Of a stretch of 64,000 bases of DNA, positions 50,714 to 60,908 are shown one piece after another (within the stretch, counting starts at the first letter, position 1; the number at the start of each line of letters is the position of its first letter). A program made the translations under genes and the position numbers. This stretch comes from an uncultured Nitrospinota bacterium (GTDB lineage: Bacteria > Tectomicrobia > Entotheonellia > J063 > CAVPRW01). Where the stretch lies: positions 1 to 64,000 of the forward strand of contig CAVPRW010000014.1 in the NCBI GenBank assembly GCA_963707985.1. The letters are read 5' to 3'. The notes beneath the pieces are model-generated. The model did not search any database, was not told the DNA's origin, and saw only the letters and a list, made by a program, of their open reading frames with translations.

Positions 50714-51500
50714 ATGAGTGGTGATGGACAGGCCTTGCAAACTGATACACTCACACTCCAAATGATTCTGCAGATGGGCTATGCCGCCTACGAGCGTCAG
50801 CATCGGCTGCCGGACTACGTACGTCGAGCCGTCTGGGCGATCTTGGCGTGTCGCACGGTCGTGCTCGGTGGTCACGTCCAGGCGTGTCCGGAGGGGCATG
50901 TGGAACGGATCTGGTACGACTCCTGTCGGCATCGGATGTGCCCCCAATGTGCCTGGATCCAGGTTGAACGCTGGCTGGCCAGGCAGCGGAGCCGCCTGTT
51001 GGCCTGTGAGCATTATCATGTCATCTTCACCATGCCCCACGAGCTGAATGAGCTCTGGCTAGCCAACGTCGCCGTGATGACGCGGCTGTTGTTTGCGAGC
51101 GTGCACGAGACGTTGTTTGAGCTGTTAGGCGATGCGAAATACCTGGAGGCCCGGCCCGGCGTCATCGCCACGCTGCATACCTGGAGCCAGACGCTGCTCC
51201 TGCATCCGCACATCCATTGTCTGGTGACTGGTGGGGGCCTGAACGACGCGGGCCATTGGGTGGCGGTGAGAAACGGCTTTCTGCTGCCGATGCGGGTGGT
51301 CATGGGGCTCTTCCGGGGTCAATTGCTGGCCGCCATCCGCCAGGGGGTGCAGCAAGGGCAGCTCCGGCCTCCGGAGGGCCGGAACCAGCAGCAGGTCGAG
51401 AATCTGCTGAACAAGCTGGGCCGCACGAAATGGAATGTCCACATCCGGGAGCGCTATCCGTACGGCCACGGGGTGCTGATCTATCTAGCCCGCTACCTGC
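50714..51500 (+). mobile_element. IS91-like (HUH/Y2) transposase, C-terminally truncated
   Basis: CRT..LGGH...C..GH...SCRHRMCPQC zinc domain; HVIFTMP, LHTWSQ.L..HPHIHC.VTGGG and YLARY motifs. Confidence 0.85.
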
Positions 51501-51603
51501 GATCGGTCCCGCGGCCGCTTAACGCTTATTCGTTCGGCGTCAACAGGAGGAAAGGAGAAATATGCAAGCCCACTTGTGCAAGTTAGATCAAGGTGTGTTC
51601 ACC

Positions 51604-52098
51604 TTGACAAAAAGTCTCCATGCGTTACTCATCGTGCTCTTCCTGGTCCTCACTAGCTTCACACCTGGGAGTGCTGAGGACAAAATGGCCTCAAATAAGC
51701 AACCCCTGTCCTTTGGGAAGGATCAAACCATCATCGACCTGAATAAAGTCGTCTGGGAACCCCTCACGGGCGAGGGCATCCCCCCTGGACCTGAGATCGC
51801 GATCCTGCGTGGCAGTCTAGCAGCCGGCGGCGGAGAAGCGTTGGTCCGACTCCCTGCCAACTATACATTTCCCAACCATAGTCATACCAGTGACGAACTC
51901 TATGTCTGGCTCAAGGGCGACTTTACCTATATCGCTGAAGACGGCACGGCGACGGCTCTCAGCGGCCAAACCTACATTAGTCTGCCCGGGGGCGTGCCGC
52001 ACGCGCTGCAGTGTGGCAAGGAGCCGTGTGTCTTTTATTTACGCTATGCGCGGCCGTTTGATTACCACATTCACCCCATGCCTGCGCGTCAAAAATGA
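51604..52098 (+). CDS. Secreted cupin-domain protein (gene cassette)
   Basis: Signal peptide; PNHSHTSDE and YISLPGGVPH motifs; flanked by complementary GTTCGGC (51532) and GCCGAAC (52192). Confidence 0.8.
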   Translation: MTKSLHALLIVLFLVLTSFTPGSAEDKMASNKQPLSFGKDQTIIDLNKVVWEPLTGEGIPPGPEIAILRGSLAAGGGEALVRLPANYTFPNHSHTSDELYVWLKGDFTYIAEDGTATALSGQTYISLPGGVPHALQCGKEPCVFYLRYARPFDYHIHPMPARQK

Positions 52099-52317
52099 TG
52101 GGATGCGTTGCAGGAGCGGGGCGTTACCCATGCCATCAGGACCCAAGAGGGCGGACGCGCCTTGACCTTTTCTCCCGGTGACCGCCTCCGCGCCGAACAA
52201 CGGTGTGCGGGTGATCCGCGTTGCACCGGAGCCGACATGCGTGACGCCTTCACCAACTGATTGCTCTCATAGGCTTGGGGGCAGACGGTTTCCGGGGCAC
52301 CGTTATCGGTTCACGGG

Positions 52318-54246
52318 ATGAGGGGAGGAACAAGGGTGACAGACTCCAAGGTTACACAAAGGCTCGTGGCCATATTGGCTGCGGATGTTTACGGGTATTC
52401 GCGCCTGATGCAGGACGATGCACAGGCTACCGTCGCCACCCTGGACGCATCCCGGCAGGTCTTCCGAGAACAGATTGCCGTCCATCAAGGCCGAGTCGTG
52501 GACATGGCTGGCGATGCGGTGTTGGCGGTGTTTGAGACGGCCATCGGCGCCGCCGAAGCGGCCATGCGGATCCAGGCGGCGTTGACTGAGCGCAACACCC
52601 AGCTGCTCGACAATCGCCAAATGCTGTTCCGGGTCGGCGTCCACCTTGGCGACGTCATCGAAAAACCCGACGGTACCGTCTATGGAGATGGCGTCAACAT
52701 TGCCGCGCGTCTGGAAAGTCTCGCCGATGCTGGAGGCGTGGCCGTGTCCGGTATCGTCCATGACGTGGTCGGGCGCAGGCTCCAGGCCGACTTCGAATAT
52801 CTGGGCGAGCACATCGTCAAGAACATCGCAGAGCCCGTGCGCGCCTATCGGATTCGAGGGGCGAGCGAAACGGCCGCAACGTTGCCGTCTCCCCCTCCTG
52901 GTCGTGGCAGCGGCCCGGCGCAGATCATCTTCGCGAGCGCATTATTCGCCCATGTCCTTGCGCAAGCGCGCGCTGTCGCGGCGACAGAGGCGACAGTGCT
53001 CATCGCAGGCGAATCCGGTGTCGGCAAAGAGCTGATTGCCCGACGCATTCATGAGCAAAGCCAGCGTCACCATGGTCCGTTCGTCAAAGTCGACTGTGCG
53101 TCCATGCCGCCAGAGCAGTTTGACAGCGAATTCTTTGGACAATCGGTTGGTGCATTGCCCGGCGTGACACGTGAGCAAGCGGGTCGCTTAGAGCTGGCGG
53201 ATCGCGGCACCTTGTTTCTTGATCAGGTCGAGGAGATCCCGCCAGCGTTGCAGGCAAAACTCCTTAGACCTTTGCAGGATGGCACCTTCGAGCGGGTGGG
53301 TGACGGCCGCACCCGCCGTGCGGCCGTGCGGTTTATCGCGGCGACCAACCGCGACCTCGCCAAAACGGTGGCCGACGGCGGATTTCGCCGCGACCTCTAT
53401 TTTCGTTTGAGTGTCTTCCCCATTAAGGTGCCGCCGTTGCGAGACAGACCGGAGGATATTCCGGTGCTGGTCAAGCATTTCCTCGCCGAACACGCTGCTG
53501 CTGCCGTCGCGCAGCTCGTGACTCACACCCAACTCGAACATCTGCAAAAATACGACTGGCCTGGCAATGTCCGTGAGTTGCAGAACCTTGTCAAGCGTGC
53601 CATGATCCTCTCGGGGGATGGCCCGTTGCGCCTTGACGAAGCTTTACCGAGTTCGGCCATCTCCTACCCGGCCCGCGCGCCCCTGGCTGAGGAACGGACC
53701 CCGGCGCGCGGCTTCTTTACTGTCTCAGAGTTTGCGGAACTTGAGCGTAACAATCTGGTCGCCGCCTTGGAAATGGCGGGATGGCACGTTGCGGGGAGAG
53801 AGGGTGCGGCGGAGAGACTGGGCTTGACGGTTGCCAAGCTCAGAGCCCGCATGAAGGCCCTCGACATCCGTCGGCCCGCGTCTGACTCGTTGTATGTGCG
53901 TCTTGGTGGGAGTCGAGGCATTGCCACGATCGCACGCGACTTGTTCGGCCGCGCCGTGGCCCATCCGGTACTCGGACGCTTTTGGAAAGGCCGCAGCACC
54001 TATGGCGTCTTGCGCGAGGAAAAACTGCTGGTCGCATACTTATCGGCGGCAGCCGGAGGGCCGGCCCATTATGTCGGGCGAGACATGCAGTCGGCGCATC
54101 AACACCTCGATATCAGCAGAACGGATTGGGAGATTTTAGAGATACTCCTGAGCACAACGTTTGCGGCGCTCGCGGTTCGCGAGACAGAACGGCGTGAGGT
54201 CACAGCATTTGTCGAAAGCCTTCGGGACGAGATTGTCAAGACTTGA
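52318..54246 (+). CDS. Fusion: class III nucleotidyl cyclase + sigma54-type AAA+ + HTH + group I truncated hemoglobin
   Basis: AILAADVYGYSRL...GDGVNIAARLE (cyclase); GESGVGKE...FRRDLYFRL...WPGNVREL (AAA+); GAAERLGL (HTH); SLYVRLGG...GGPAHYVGRDM..AH (globin). Confidence 0.88.
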   Translation: MRGGTRVTDSKVTQRLVAILAADVYGYSRLMQDDAQATVATLDASRQVFREQIAVHQGRVVDMAGDAVLAVFETAIGAAEAAMRIQAALTERNTQLLDNRQMLFRVGVHLGDVIEKPDGTVYGDGVNIAARLESLADAGGVAVSGIVHDVVGRRLQADFEYLGEHIVKNIAEPVRAYRIRGASETAATLPSPPPGRGSGPAQIIFASALFAHVLAQARAVAATEATVLIAGESGVGKELIARRIHEQSQRHHGPFVKVDCASMPPEQFDSEFFGQSVGALPGVTREQAGRLELADRGTLFLDQVEEIPPALQAKLLRPLQDGTFERVGDGRTRRAAVRFIAATNRDLAKTVADGGFRRDLYFRLSVFPIKVPPLRDRPEDIPVLVKHFLAEHAAAAVAQLVTHTQLEHLQKYDWPGNVRELQNLVKRAMILSGDGPLRLDEALPSSAISYPARAPLAEERTPARGFFTVSEFAELERNNLVAALEMAGWHVAGREGAAERLGLTVAKLRARMKALDIRRPASDSLYVRLGGSRGIATIARDLFGRAVAHPVLGRFWKGRSTYGVLREEKLLVAYLSAAAGGPAHYVGRDMQSAHQHLDISRTDWEILEILLSTTFAALAVRETERREVTAFVESLRDEIVKT

Positions 54247-54337
54247 GGGAAAGCAAAAAAGGAAACAGGGGTATTTTTGAAGGCAATGGGGTCAGGTCTT
54301 GAATCGTGCATCCTAAACCTGGCCGAACAGAGCAGTG

Positions 54338-54379
54338 GAGCTGACTGGGAAAAAGCTAGCGCTTTTTCCCAGTCAGCTC
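54338..54379. repeat. Perfect 19-bp inverted repeat
   Basis: GAGCTGACTGGGAAAAAGC-TAGC-GCTTTTTCCCAGTCAGCTC. Confidence 0.8.
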
Positions 54380-54473
54380 ACCGCCAGCCTTCGGCCTCTC
54401 AAACTGACTTGACGCTCTCTGCGAAAACTGCGACCTTCTCCAGGAGACATGCAGAGAAACAGGAGGTGCCATC

Positions 54474-54725
54474 ATGTCCCCGAAGCTCACGCAGTTACTT
54501 GACGAAATGACGCCACAGGAACGAGCAGAAGTGGAAGCCTTTGCGGCGTTTATCATTGTCCGTCGGCAGTTACAGCAGCCCCAACTCCTCACGGACGATA
54601 TCTCTGTCCAGGAACTGACGGAACTCGTGGCGGCCTCCGGCAGTTTTGACTGGCTCAATGCGGAAGAAGAGGATATCTATTCCCTTGAGGATGGTGAGGC
54701 CGTGCAATGGCCCAGTCCCTCGTAA
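54474..54725 (+). CDS. Putative antitoxin upstream of a MazF-like toxin
   Basis: 83 aa with an acidic C-terminus (SFDWLNAEEEDIYS); RBS AGGAGG; overlaps the toxin start. Confidence 0.65.
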   Translation: MSPKLTQLLDEMTPQERAEVEAFAAFIIVRRQLQQPQLLTDDISVQELTELVAASGSFDWLNAEEEDIYSLEDGEAVQWPSPS

Positions 54726-55069
54726 AACGTGGGAGTGTGGTGCTGATCCGCTACCCGTTCACGGATCTGACCGGTGCGAAAGTCCGCCCTGCGCTCGTAC
54801 TGACACCCGACCATCTGCTGCCCCGCCTGGAAGACGTGCTCTGTCTGTTCATCTCCTCCGTGATGCCGGAGGAGCTTCTCCCCACGGATTTCATCCTGGA
54901 ACCTGGGCAGGCGTCGTTTCTCAACACAGGGCTGAGGCGTCGCTCCGTGCTCAGAATGCACAAGTGAGCGTTACTCCATAAGGCGCTCGTGCTGCGGGTC
55001 TTGGGTGCGGGAGATCAACCGCTCATGCACGAGGTCAATCAACGGTTGCGTCTTGCGTTGGGTTTGTAA
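54707..55069 (+). pseudogene. PemK/MazF-family toxin with in-frame TGA at 54965-54967
   Basis: KRGSVVLIRYPFTDLTGAKVRPALV...TGLRRRSVLRMHK*ALLHK...LG....VNQRLRLALGL*. Confidence 0.85.
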
Positions 55070-55214
55070 AGGCACGTTGAGGCAGGGCCCGAAACATCGT
55101 ATGGATGGCAGTAGCCGCAAGGCGCTATCCTCTGGGCGTTGCTGTCCTTGGCTGGGGGGGGGGCAGCGAGTTGGGAAGCACATGTCTGCACAGGATTCTC
55201 AGTGCCCCTCCTGA

Positions 55215-55293
55215 GCCGAACAAGGGTGTGCAGCCGACTGCCAGAAGCCTACGCTTCGCTGCGGCCTCTGGCAGCGGCTGACACCTGGCGTTA
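55215..55293 (+). other. attC site interrupted at R' by a group II intron
   Basis: R'' GCCGAAC, arms GGTGTGCAGCCGACTGCCAG / CTGGCAGCGGCTGACACC, then GTTA|GTGCG. Confidence 0.78.
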
Positions 55294-55512
55294 GTGCGCC
55301 AAGCGAAGCTTGGCGCTTCTTGCAGGGTGGAAGTCCCTGTGGAGCAAGGTCTAACCAACCACTCCTCCCGAGTGTGGCACCTGTTGAGGAGGTGACAACC
55401 GAACGCACCAGGTGAAGCGGACACAGGGTACCACGGAGACCGCAGGAGAGACCGCACGCGCCAAAGCTTGAGACAGCCCCGTGATCGCGGCTTCTGCAGA
55501 CGGCGATGGGTG
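55294..55512 (+). ncRNA. 5' fragment of a group II intron truncated by IS3
   Basis: Starts GTGCGCC; domain-I-like CAGGGTGGAAGTCCCTG and GGTGACAACC stems. Confidence 0.65.
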
Positions 55513-56771
55513 TGTTGTGGTTTAATAGAAACGGACACCTTGATACGGGTGATACGCTAGTGGCAGGAGGTGTCCGATGATGGCAGACAAACGCAGGACC
55601 GATCCCGCGGAATTCACACGGGAAGCGGTCCATCTCGTCACAGAGCAAGGCTATGCGGTGGCCGAAGCGGCCCGCCACCTCGGGCTCAACCCCCATATGC
55701 GCCAGCGCTGGCAGCGCGAGCTGACGGAGCACGAGCCCGCCGCCTTTCCAGGCCACGGCCGTGTGTTGCCCGCGCAGGCAGCCCGGCCTCAGTTGCAGGA
55801 AGAAAACCAGCGCTTGCGGAGGGAACGCGACATGGTCAAAAACGCCCTGGGCTTCTTGGCCCGCGAGTCGAGGTGAGAGACGCCTTTCTCCTCCAGCCCC
55901 AGGACACCTGGCCGATGGCGGGCTTGTGTGAGATGTGGGAGGTCAGTCGCCGCGGCTTGTCGGCGTATGCCCAGCAGCCAGCTGCCCCCCGGATCGATCG
56001 AGACGACGTGGCCCGACTGGAGCGGGTGAACGCGATGCATGCGGAGACGGGTCAGCGTGATGGGCGTCGGCGGATGGCCACACCACTGCCAGCCGAAGGC
56101 TTGACGGTGGGACGGGCGACGGCCAGGCGCTTGATGCGGGACGCAGGCCTGTCGGTGCGGCGTCGCACCCGGCGTGGACCGGTCACCACGGACCGTCAGC
56201 AGCGTGATCCGGTTGCGCCGAATCGCTTGGCGCGGCCGTTGGAGGTCGAAACGCCCGATCACGTCTGGGTCGGGGATCTGACGTCTGTCTGGACCGCCGA
56301 GGGGGGGTATCCGTTGCCGTGCGGCTCGATGTGTCGTCGCGGAAGGTCGTGGGTTGGGCCATGAGTGCCCCCATCGACTCCGCCCTGGGGCAAGCGGCAC
56401 TCCGGATGGCGCGGGGGCGCCGGAATCCCACCACGGGACGCCTGCACCCTGCCGACCGTGGGAGTCCATATGCCGGTCATGACTCCCAACACCTGCTGGC
56501 CACCTCTGGCAGGCGTTGTCGCATGAGTCGTCAGGGCGAGTGTGTGGACCATGCGGTCGCCGAGCGCTTCTTTGGCCGTCTGAAACGCGCACGCCCGGAT
56601 CGGCGCCATGAGGTGACCCGCCAGGACGCGAGAGCCGACGTGGTCGACTCTATGGAGATGTTCTATAACAGCAAACGGTTACACTCATATGTGGGCTCTG
56701 TCAGTCCCCATGCCTATGAGGTCTCAGCGAAAGTTGCTGAACTCCGTGTCCGTTTTTCCTTGACCACAACA
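55513..56771 (+). mobile_element. IS3-family element, degenerate (orfA 55577-55876 and broken orfB)
   Basis: IRs TGTTGTGGT..AAACGGACAC / GTGTCCGTTTTT..ACCACAACA; HTH orfA; W.GDLT, SRKVVGWAM and AERFFG.LK motifs. Confidence 0.9.
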
Positions 56772-57188
56772 TCCCGTATCGCCATGCCTTTGCGACACCG
56801 CACCACCTGGATCACACGAGCGTGGAGTCCGTCGTGCAGGCCGGACGAGCCCGCTGGAACATTGAGCACGAGAACAACAATACCTTGAAAACCACAGGCG
56901 ATCATCTCGAACATCACGACGGCCATGGCCAACAGCACCTGTCGGCCGTGTGACTCACACTGAATCTCTTCGCGTTTCTGTGCCATACAGTGCTGGGGTG
57001 GGCGGATCCCCAGTACCACTTGGTGCGGCAGACTCTGGCCGCCCGGCAAACCCTTTTTCAGGACCTGCAGGCGTTGACACGCGACCTCCTATTTGACAGC
57101 TGGGACCATCTCCTGAACTTCATGCTCCAGGGACTGGAGATCGCGATGTCTCCCGATGCCAGCTAGAACTTCAAAATGAGAATTGCTG
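56772..57188 (+). mobile_element. ISNCY-like transposase 3' remnant with terminal sequence
   Basis: GRARWNIEHENNNTLKT.G.HLEH..GHGQQHLS; ends TTCAAAATGAGAATTGCTG. Confidence 0.6.
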
Positions 57189-57207
57189 GGCAAGAAGAGG
57201 AACTAAA

Positions 57208-57969
57208 ATGAGAACTTCGGCGTGCGTAGGTCGGTCTCTTCCATTCCTATTGTTACTCTTGGGCGCGTTCTTCCTCTCGAGCTGCGCCACGCAATCAGCG
57301 CGGCTTCCTCCCCCGCCACCACCGCCGCCTCCCCCGGCACCACCGCCGGCTTCCATTGAGCTAGAGGCCCCCTTCTTCCCATGGCCTCCGCCTCGGGCTT
57401 CTGCTACTGCAAGAATTCCCCGCAATCTGCTGGAAGCAGAGCGCGGCCCGACACGGCTACGAGATGTCGACAGGAGAATAACCGAGGTCCTTGAGCAAAA
57501 CGGGTACTACGAAAGCAGCTACTACGCCGTTCCTGCAGGGTTCGCGTTGGTGACGAAGATGGAGCAGATCGAGTCCGATGGAACTCCGAAGCAAGGACTG
57601 CAACGATGGATCATGACCCCCCAAACTCTTGTTAACTTTTCCCTCACTGCCTATCTTACGGCACTCTTCCGCGCTGCACCGGGCTATTACCGAGTAATCG
57701 TATTTATTGTTACGCCTCACGCGTTCGCACAGTCGGAGGTAGAGGTCAGACCGGAGGAGGCTAACGAATGGCTTAGCGGGGGCCTCAATCGCTTGCCAGC
57801 GTCCATCGGAAACCTCGATTTCTCGCGCGAAGATTACGCTTGCGCCGCACTAATCTATGAGTTCGAGCGCGCGAGCGAGGCCGAGGAACCGAGGATTCGA
57901 CGCCCCGGACTCATTCCTGGCCGTACACACCTGGTGAAGGCGGGTATCTGGGAGGTATTCCAACAATGA
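57208..57969 (+). CDS. Lipoprotein with a poly-proline stalk, unknown function
   Basis: Lipobox FLSSC, then P10-A-P3 and a globular domain; ATGA overlap with the next gene. Confidence 0.75.
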   Translation: MRTSACVGRSLPFLLLLLGAFFLSSCATQSARLPPPPPPPPPPAPPPASIELEAPFFPWPPPRASATARIPRNLLEAERGPTRLRDVDRRITEVLEQNGYYESSYYAVPAGFALVTKMEQIESDGTPKQGLQRWIMTPQTLVNFSLTAYLTALFRAAPGYYRVIVFIVTPHAFAQSEVEVRPEEANEWLSGGLNRLPASIGNLDFSREDYACAALIYEFERASEAEEPRIRRPGLIPGRTHLVKAGIWEVFQQ

Positions 57970-58424
57970 CCGCGATGATCTCAACCAGCACTTGCAAGAG
58001 ACGACTGGCAATCCTCTGGTTTGTTGGCGGTCTAGCCCTTTTCTTGCTACTGGTCTTCCAATCCATCTTCGGAAAATACGGTGTCAAGGTGGAGGAGGCG
58101 TGGGCTTGGTTCCTGCCGACCATCCTGCCAACGCTTTCGCTGATAATCGGCGTGCTGGTTTTCGACGCTACCGCTGCCGGAGGGACGGATAACCAGATTG
58201 AGCGGTTCACATTCCAACTAGCTTTCGGCCTTTCAGCTGTCTACCTTGTGCTGGTGGGCCTAATACCGCTCGTTCAGCCTTTCACCAGCTTGTCGCCGTT
58301 TGAGCTGATGAAGCGGTCAGGCCTCTGGTTAGGTCCTCTCCAAGGCTTGGTTGCGGCAAGCCTCGGAGCATTCTTTGTCAAGGGTGAGCGAGGAGGAAAG
58401 ATGGCGAAGACGACATCTAACTAA
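57966..58424 (+). CDS. Four-TM hypothetical membrane protein
   Basis: Four hydrophobic segments (AWAWFLPTILPTLSLII; WLGPLQGLVAASLGAFF); ends in an attC. Confidence 0.75.
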   Translation: MTAMISTSTCKRRLAILWFVGGLALFLLLVFQSIFGKYGVKVEEAWAWFLPTILPTLSLIIGVLVFDATAAGGTDNQIERFTFQLAFGLSAVYLVLVGLIPLVQPFTSLSPFELMKRSGLWLGPLQGLVAASLGAFFVKGERGGKMAKTTSN

Positions 58425-58502
58425 CCGCTCCAGCCGGTTGCCTACAGCGTCTGCTCCTACATCGCTCACACTTCCGGCAGCGGCTGAGCAGCGGTGCTAG
58501 GG
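58415..58502 (+). other. Degenerate attC site
   Basis: R'' ATCTAAC, arms GCTCCAGCCGGTTGCC / GGCAGCGGCTGAGC, mutated R' GCTAGGG. Confidence 0.6.
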
Positions 58503-58647
58503 ATAGGCGACTCAAACACTCCAGACCGAAAACGGGAGGGCGGAGGTGTTATAACCCCCGCGGAGCTTTCCACTCATTGCCATATCAAAGAGATACTGGA
58601 AATTACCAGCGGAGACACGCATCCTCCAGTGAGTCCTGTGGCCTGCA

Positions 58648-59553
58648 TTAGGAGCGTAGGCGAGGGGCCGTAGTCTCCTGTAAGTGAGCGGCCAGTTCTT
58701 CAATGACCTGCGTCAGGGTGCGATTGCGATCGCGATTCTCAGGCGTTTCCTCGGCCAATGATGACGTCCCCACAAAGCGATAGACATCCGCAACACCCTG
58801 ATGGATCTTCGAGGGTAACCCGAGATCGCCAAAGGTCTTGGCAATCTCTTCCATCTCGCTGATCCAGCGGCCGGCCTTGGTCGGCATGACGGGAAGCTGC
58901 CGGTCGATGGTACGATACCGATCCGGCTGGCTGATCTGCCACTCTGCCAGCAAGGCCTCGTATACCCCGAACGTGTGCGCCGTCACCAGGAGCGCTGTGG
59001 CGATCGCGGTCGAGCCTTTGGTGAGCGCTGCATAGCACATCTTAAGCGCGGAGGCGAGGCCGATCTCTGCTCCCAACGACCGGATATCCAGACCACAGTT
59101 GGCGAGCTCGATAAAGTCCTCGACCCCAGGCCCTGAGGCATAAAATCGGGTGATACCAGGCCGCGTCGGAGGAGAGCCGATGATGCCTGCATCGAGGCAG
59201 CGACTGCCGGCAGTGGTGATGACCTCCGCCACCGCCTGCATCGTCCCCGGTGCGATGGCGTTACAATCCACAAAGATGGTGGTCTGTTGGGCGTTGCGCA
59301 GGGCCTCGGCCACGAGGCGCGCCATATCCACAGCCGATTCCGGGACGAGAATCGATAGAATCATGTCGGTCTCAGTCAGTAAATCTTCATAGGTGGGCAC
59401 ATCGTCGATCTGCGCTTCGCGAGCCAACATACGGGTGCGCTCACTGCGCCCCTTCAGGCAGGTTAAGACCCGTACCCCATGCCTCTGCAATACTCTCCCA
59501 ACCACGTGCCCCATATCGCCCGGGCTCAATATACCAATGGTTTTGACCGACAT
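58648..59553 (-). CDS. NAD(P)-dependent oxidoreductase (6PGDH-like, DUF1932-type C-terminus)
   Basis: IGILSPGDMG, FVDCNAIAP, DAGIIGSPP, ASALKMCYAALTKG and RWISEMEEI motifs. Confidence 0.88.
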   Translation of the reverse strand: MSVKTIGILSPGDMGHVVGRVLQRHGVRVLTCLKGRSERTRMLAREAQIDDVPTYEDLLTETDMILSILVPESAVDMARLVAEALRNAQQTTIFVDCNAIAPGTMQAVAEVITTAGSRCLDAGIIGSPPTRPGITRFYASGPGVEDFIELANCGLDIRSLGAEIGLASALKMCYAALTKGSTAIATALLVTAHTFGVYEALLAEWQISQPDRYRTIDRQLPVMPTKAGRWISEMEEIAKTFGDLGLPSKIHQGVADVYRFVGTSSLAEETPENRDRNRTLTQVIEELAAHLQETTAPRLRS

Positions 59554-59626
59554 AGCTCCTCCTACATTGTGAGTACGTTACAAGATTATCACCGATACGA
59601 TTCGCACGACCGCCCGCCTCATGCTG

Positions 59627-60575
59627 TCAGGCGGGGTTCAACACGAGCTTGCCGAAAAAACTCGACGCTTCCATCATCCGATGGGCCTCAACGGCCTGCG
59701 CCAGCGGAAACACTTGGGACACGATCCCCTGCACCTTGCCCTGGGCCACCACTTTCAAGAAGGCTCGCATGTCGTCGGGAGTGCCGCGGCCCACGCCCAT
59801 GATCGTCAATGCACGTGAGAAGACGCGCCCCAAATGCAGCTCGACGCGATGGCCCGCAGTCACGCCACAGGTGACAAAGCGACCACCGGGCTTCAGGCCT
59901 TCGAAGCAGGCATCCCACACGGGGGTACCGACATGTTCGAGGACGACGTCCACCCCTTCGCCACCAGTAAACGCCCGCACCCGCTCCAGGATGTCTTCAC
60001 GCGTGTAATCGATCCCGGCCTCTGCCCCCAGAGCGCGGGCTTTTTCCAGTTTTTCCGGACTGCTGGCCGTGGTGATCACGCGCGCGCCGAGGGTGCGACA
60101 CAGCTGAATGGCGAAGGTGCTGACACCACTGCCGGCAGCGGTAATGAATACCGATTCCCCTGGACGTACGCAGGCCCGGTTCATGACCATTTGCCAGGCG
60201 GTCAGACCTGCGACCGGTAACGTCGCACCTTGGTTAAAGGTGCACCCCTTCGGGAGGGGATAGACACGATCGCTTGGGGCGACCGCCAGCTCGGCATAGC
60301 CACCCCGCCCGTTGGCGATCACCTGAGCGCCTGGCTGGATCCTCTCGACGGCCTCACCGACTTGCACCACCTCTCCTGCGAAGTCACCCCCCAACACATG
60401 GGGCGGCGTCGATGCGAGTCCCATGTGAGCCTTCTCGCGTGAAGACGTCGAGGCGGTTGAGCGAACAGGCTCGCACGCGGATGAGGACCTCATTTGGACC
60501 GACAAATGGTTCGGGCAAATCCCCGAACTGCAAGACCTCAGGTGCACCTGTCTCCATCAAATACACTGCTTTCAT
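59627..60575 (-). CDS. Zinc-binding/quinone oxidoreductase (MDR family), frameshift at about 60410
   Basis: MKAV...GAPEVL...EVLIRVRACSLNRLD in one frame; PHVLGGDFAGEV, AAGSGV and FGKLVL in another. Confidence 0.88.
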
Positions 60576-60650
60576 CACGACACTCCCCGGCTAGGTGTCA
60601 AGTTCGCCACACGAAAACGCCGTAGACTATGTTAGCATAACCAGACGATA

Positions 60651-60750
60651 TTCCCTCTCCCTCCGGGAGAGAGTTAGGGTGAGGGCAGCAGGGCATGACC
60701 GAGGGGTTGGGCTTCCCTCACCCCGGCCCTCTCCCAAAGGGAGAGGGAGG
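60651..60750. repeat. Inverted pair of REP-like palindromes between divergent genes
   Basis: CCCTCTCCCTCCGGGAGAG..GGGTGAGGG and CCCTCACCCCGGCCCTCTCCCAAAGGGAGAGGG. Confidence 0.7.
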
Positions 60751-60908
60751 TAAAAGGCGACGTCATGTGCACCATGCGCGAATGATGTTTTTTGGTTGCG
60801 ACGCCGGCTGTGTTGGGCAGAAATGGCTGATAAGACACGATGCAAGTATTGCATGCGTGAGTTGGAGTGGCAAGAGAGCAAACGCAATCGCAGCAGGAGA
60901 GGACAGCT

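Noticed and set aside
54965..54967. Selenocysteine or read-through at the TGA in the MazF-like gene
   Set aside because: The position is not a Cys-like site and no SECIS is evident; a nonsense mutation is simpler.
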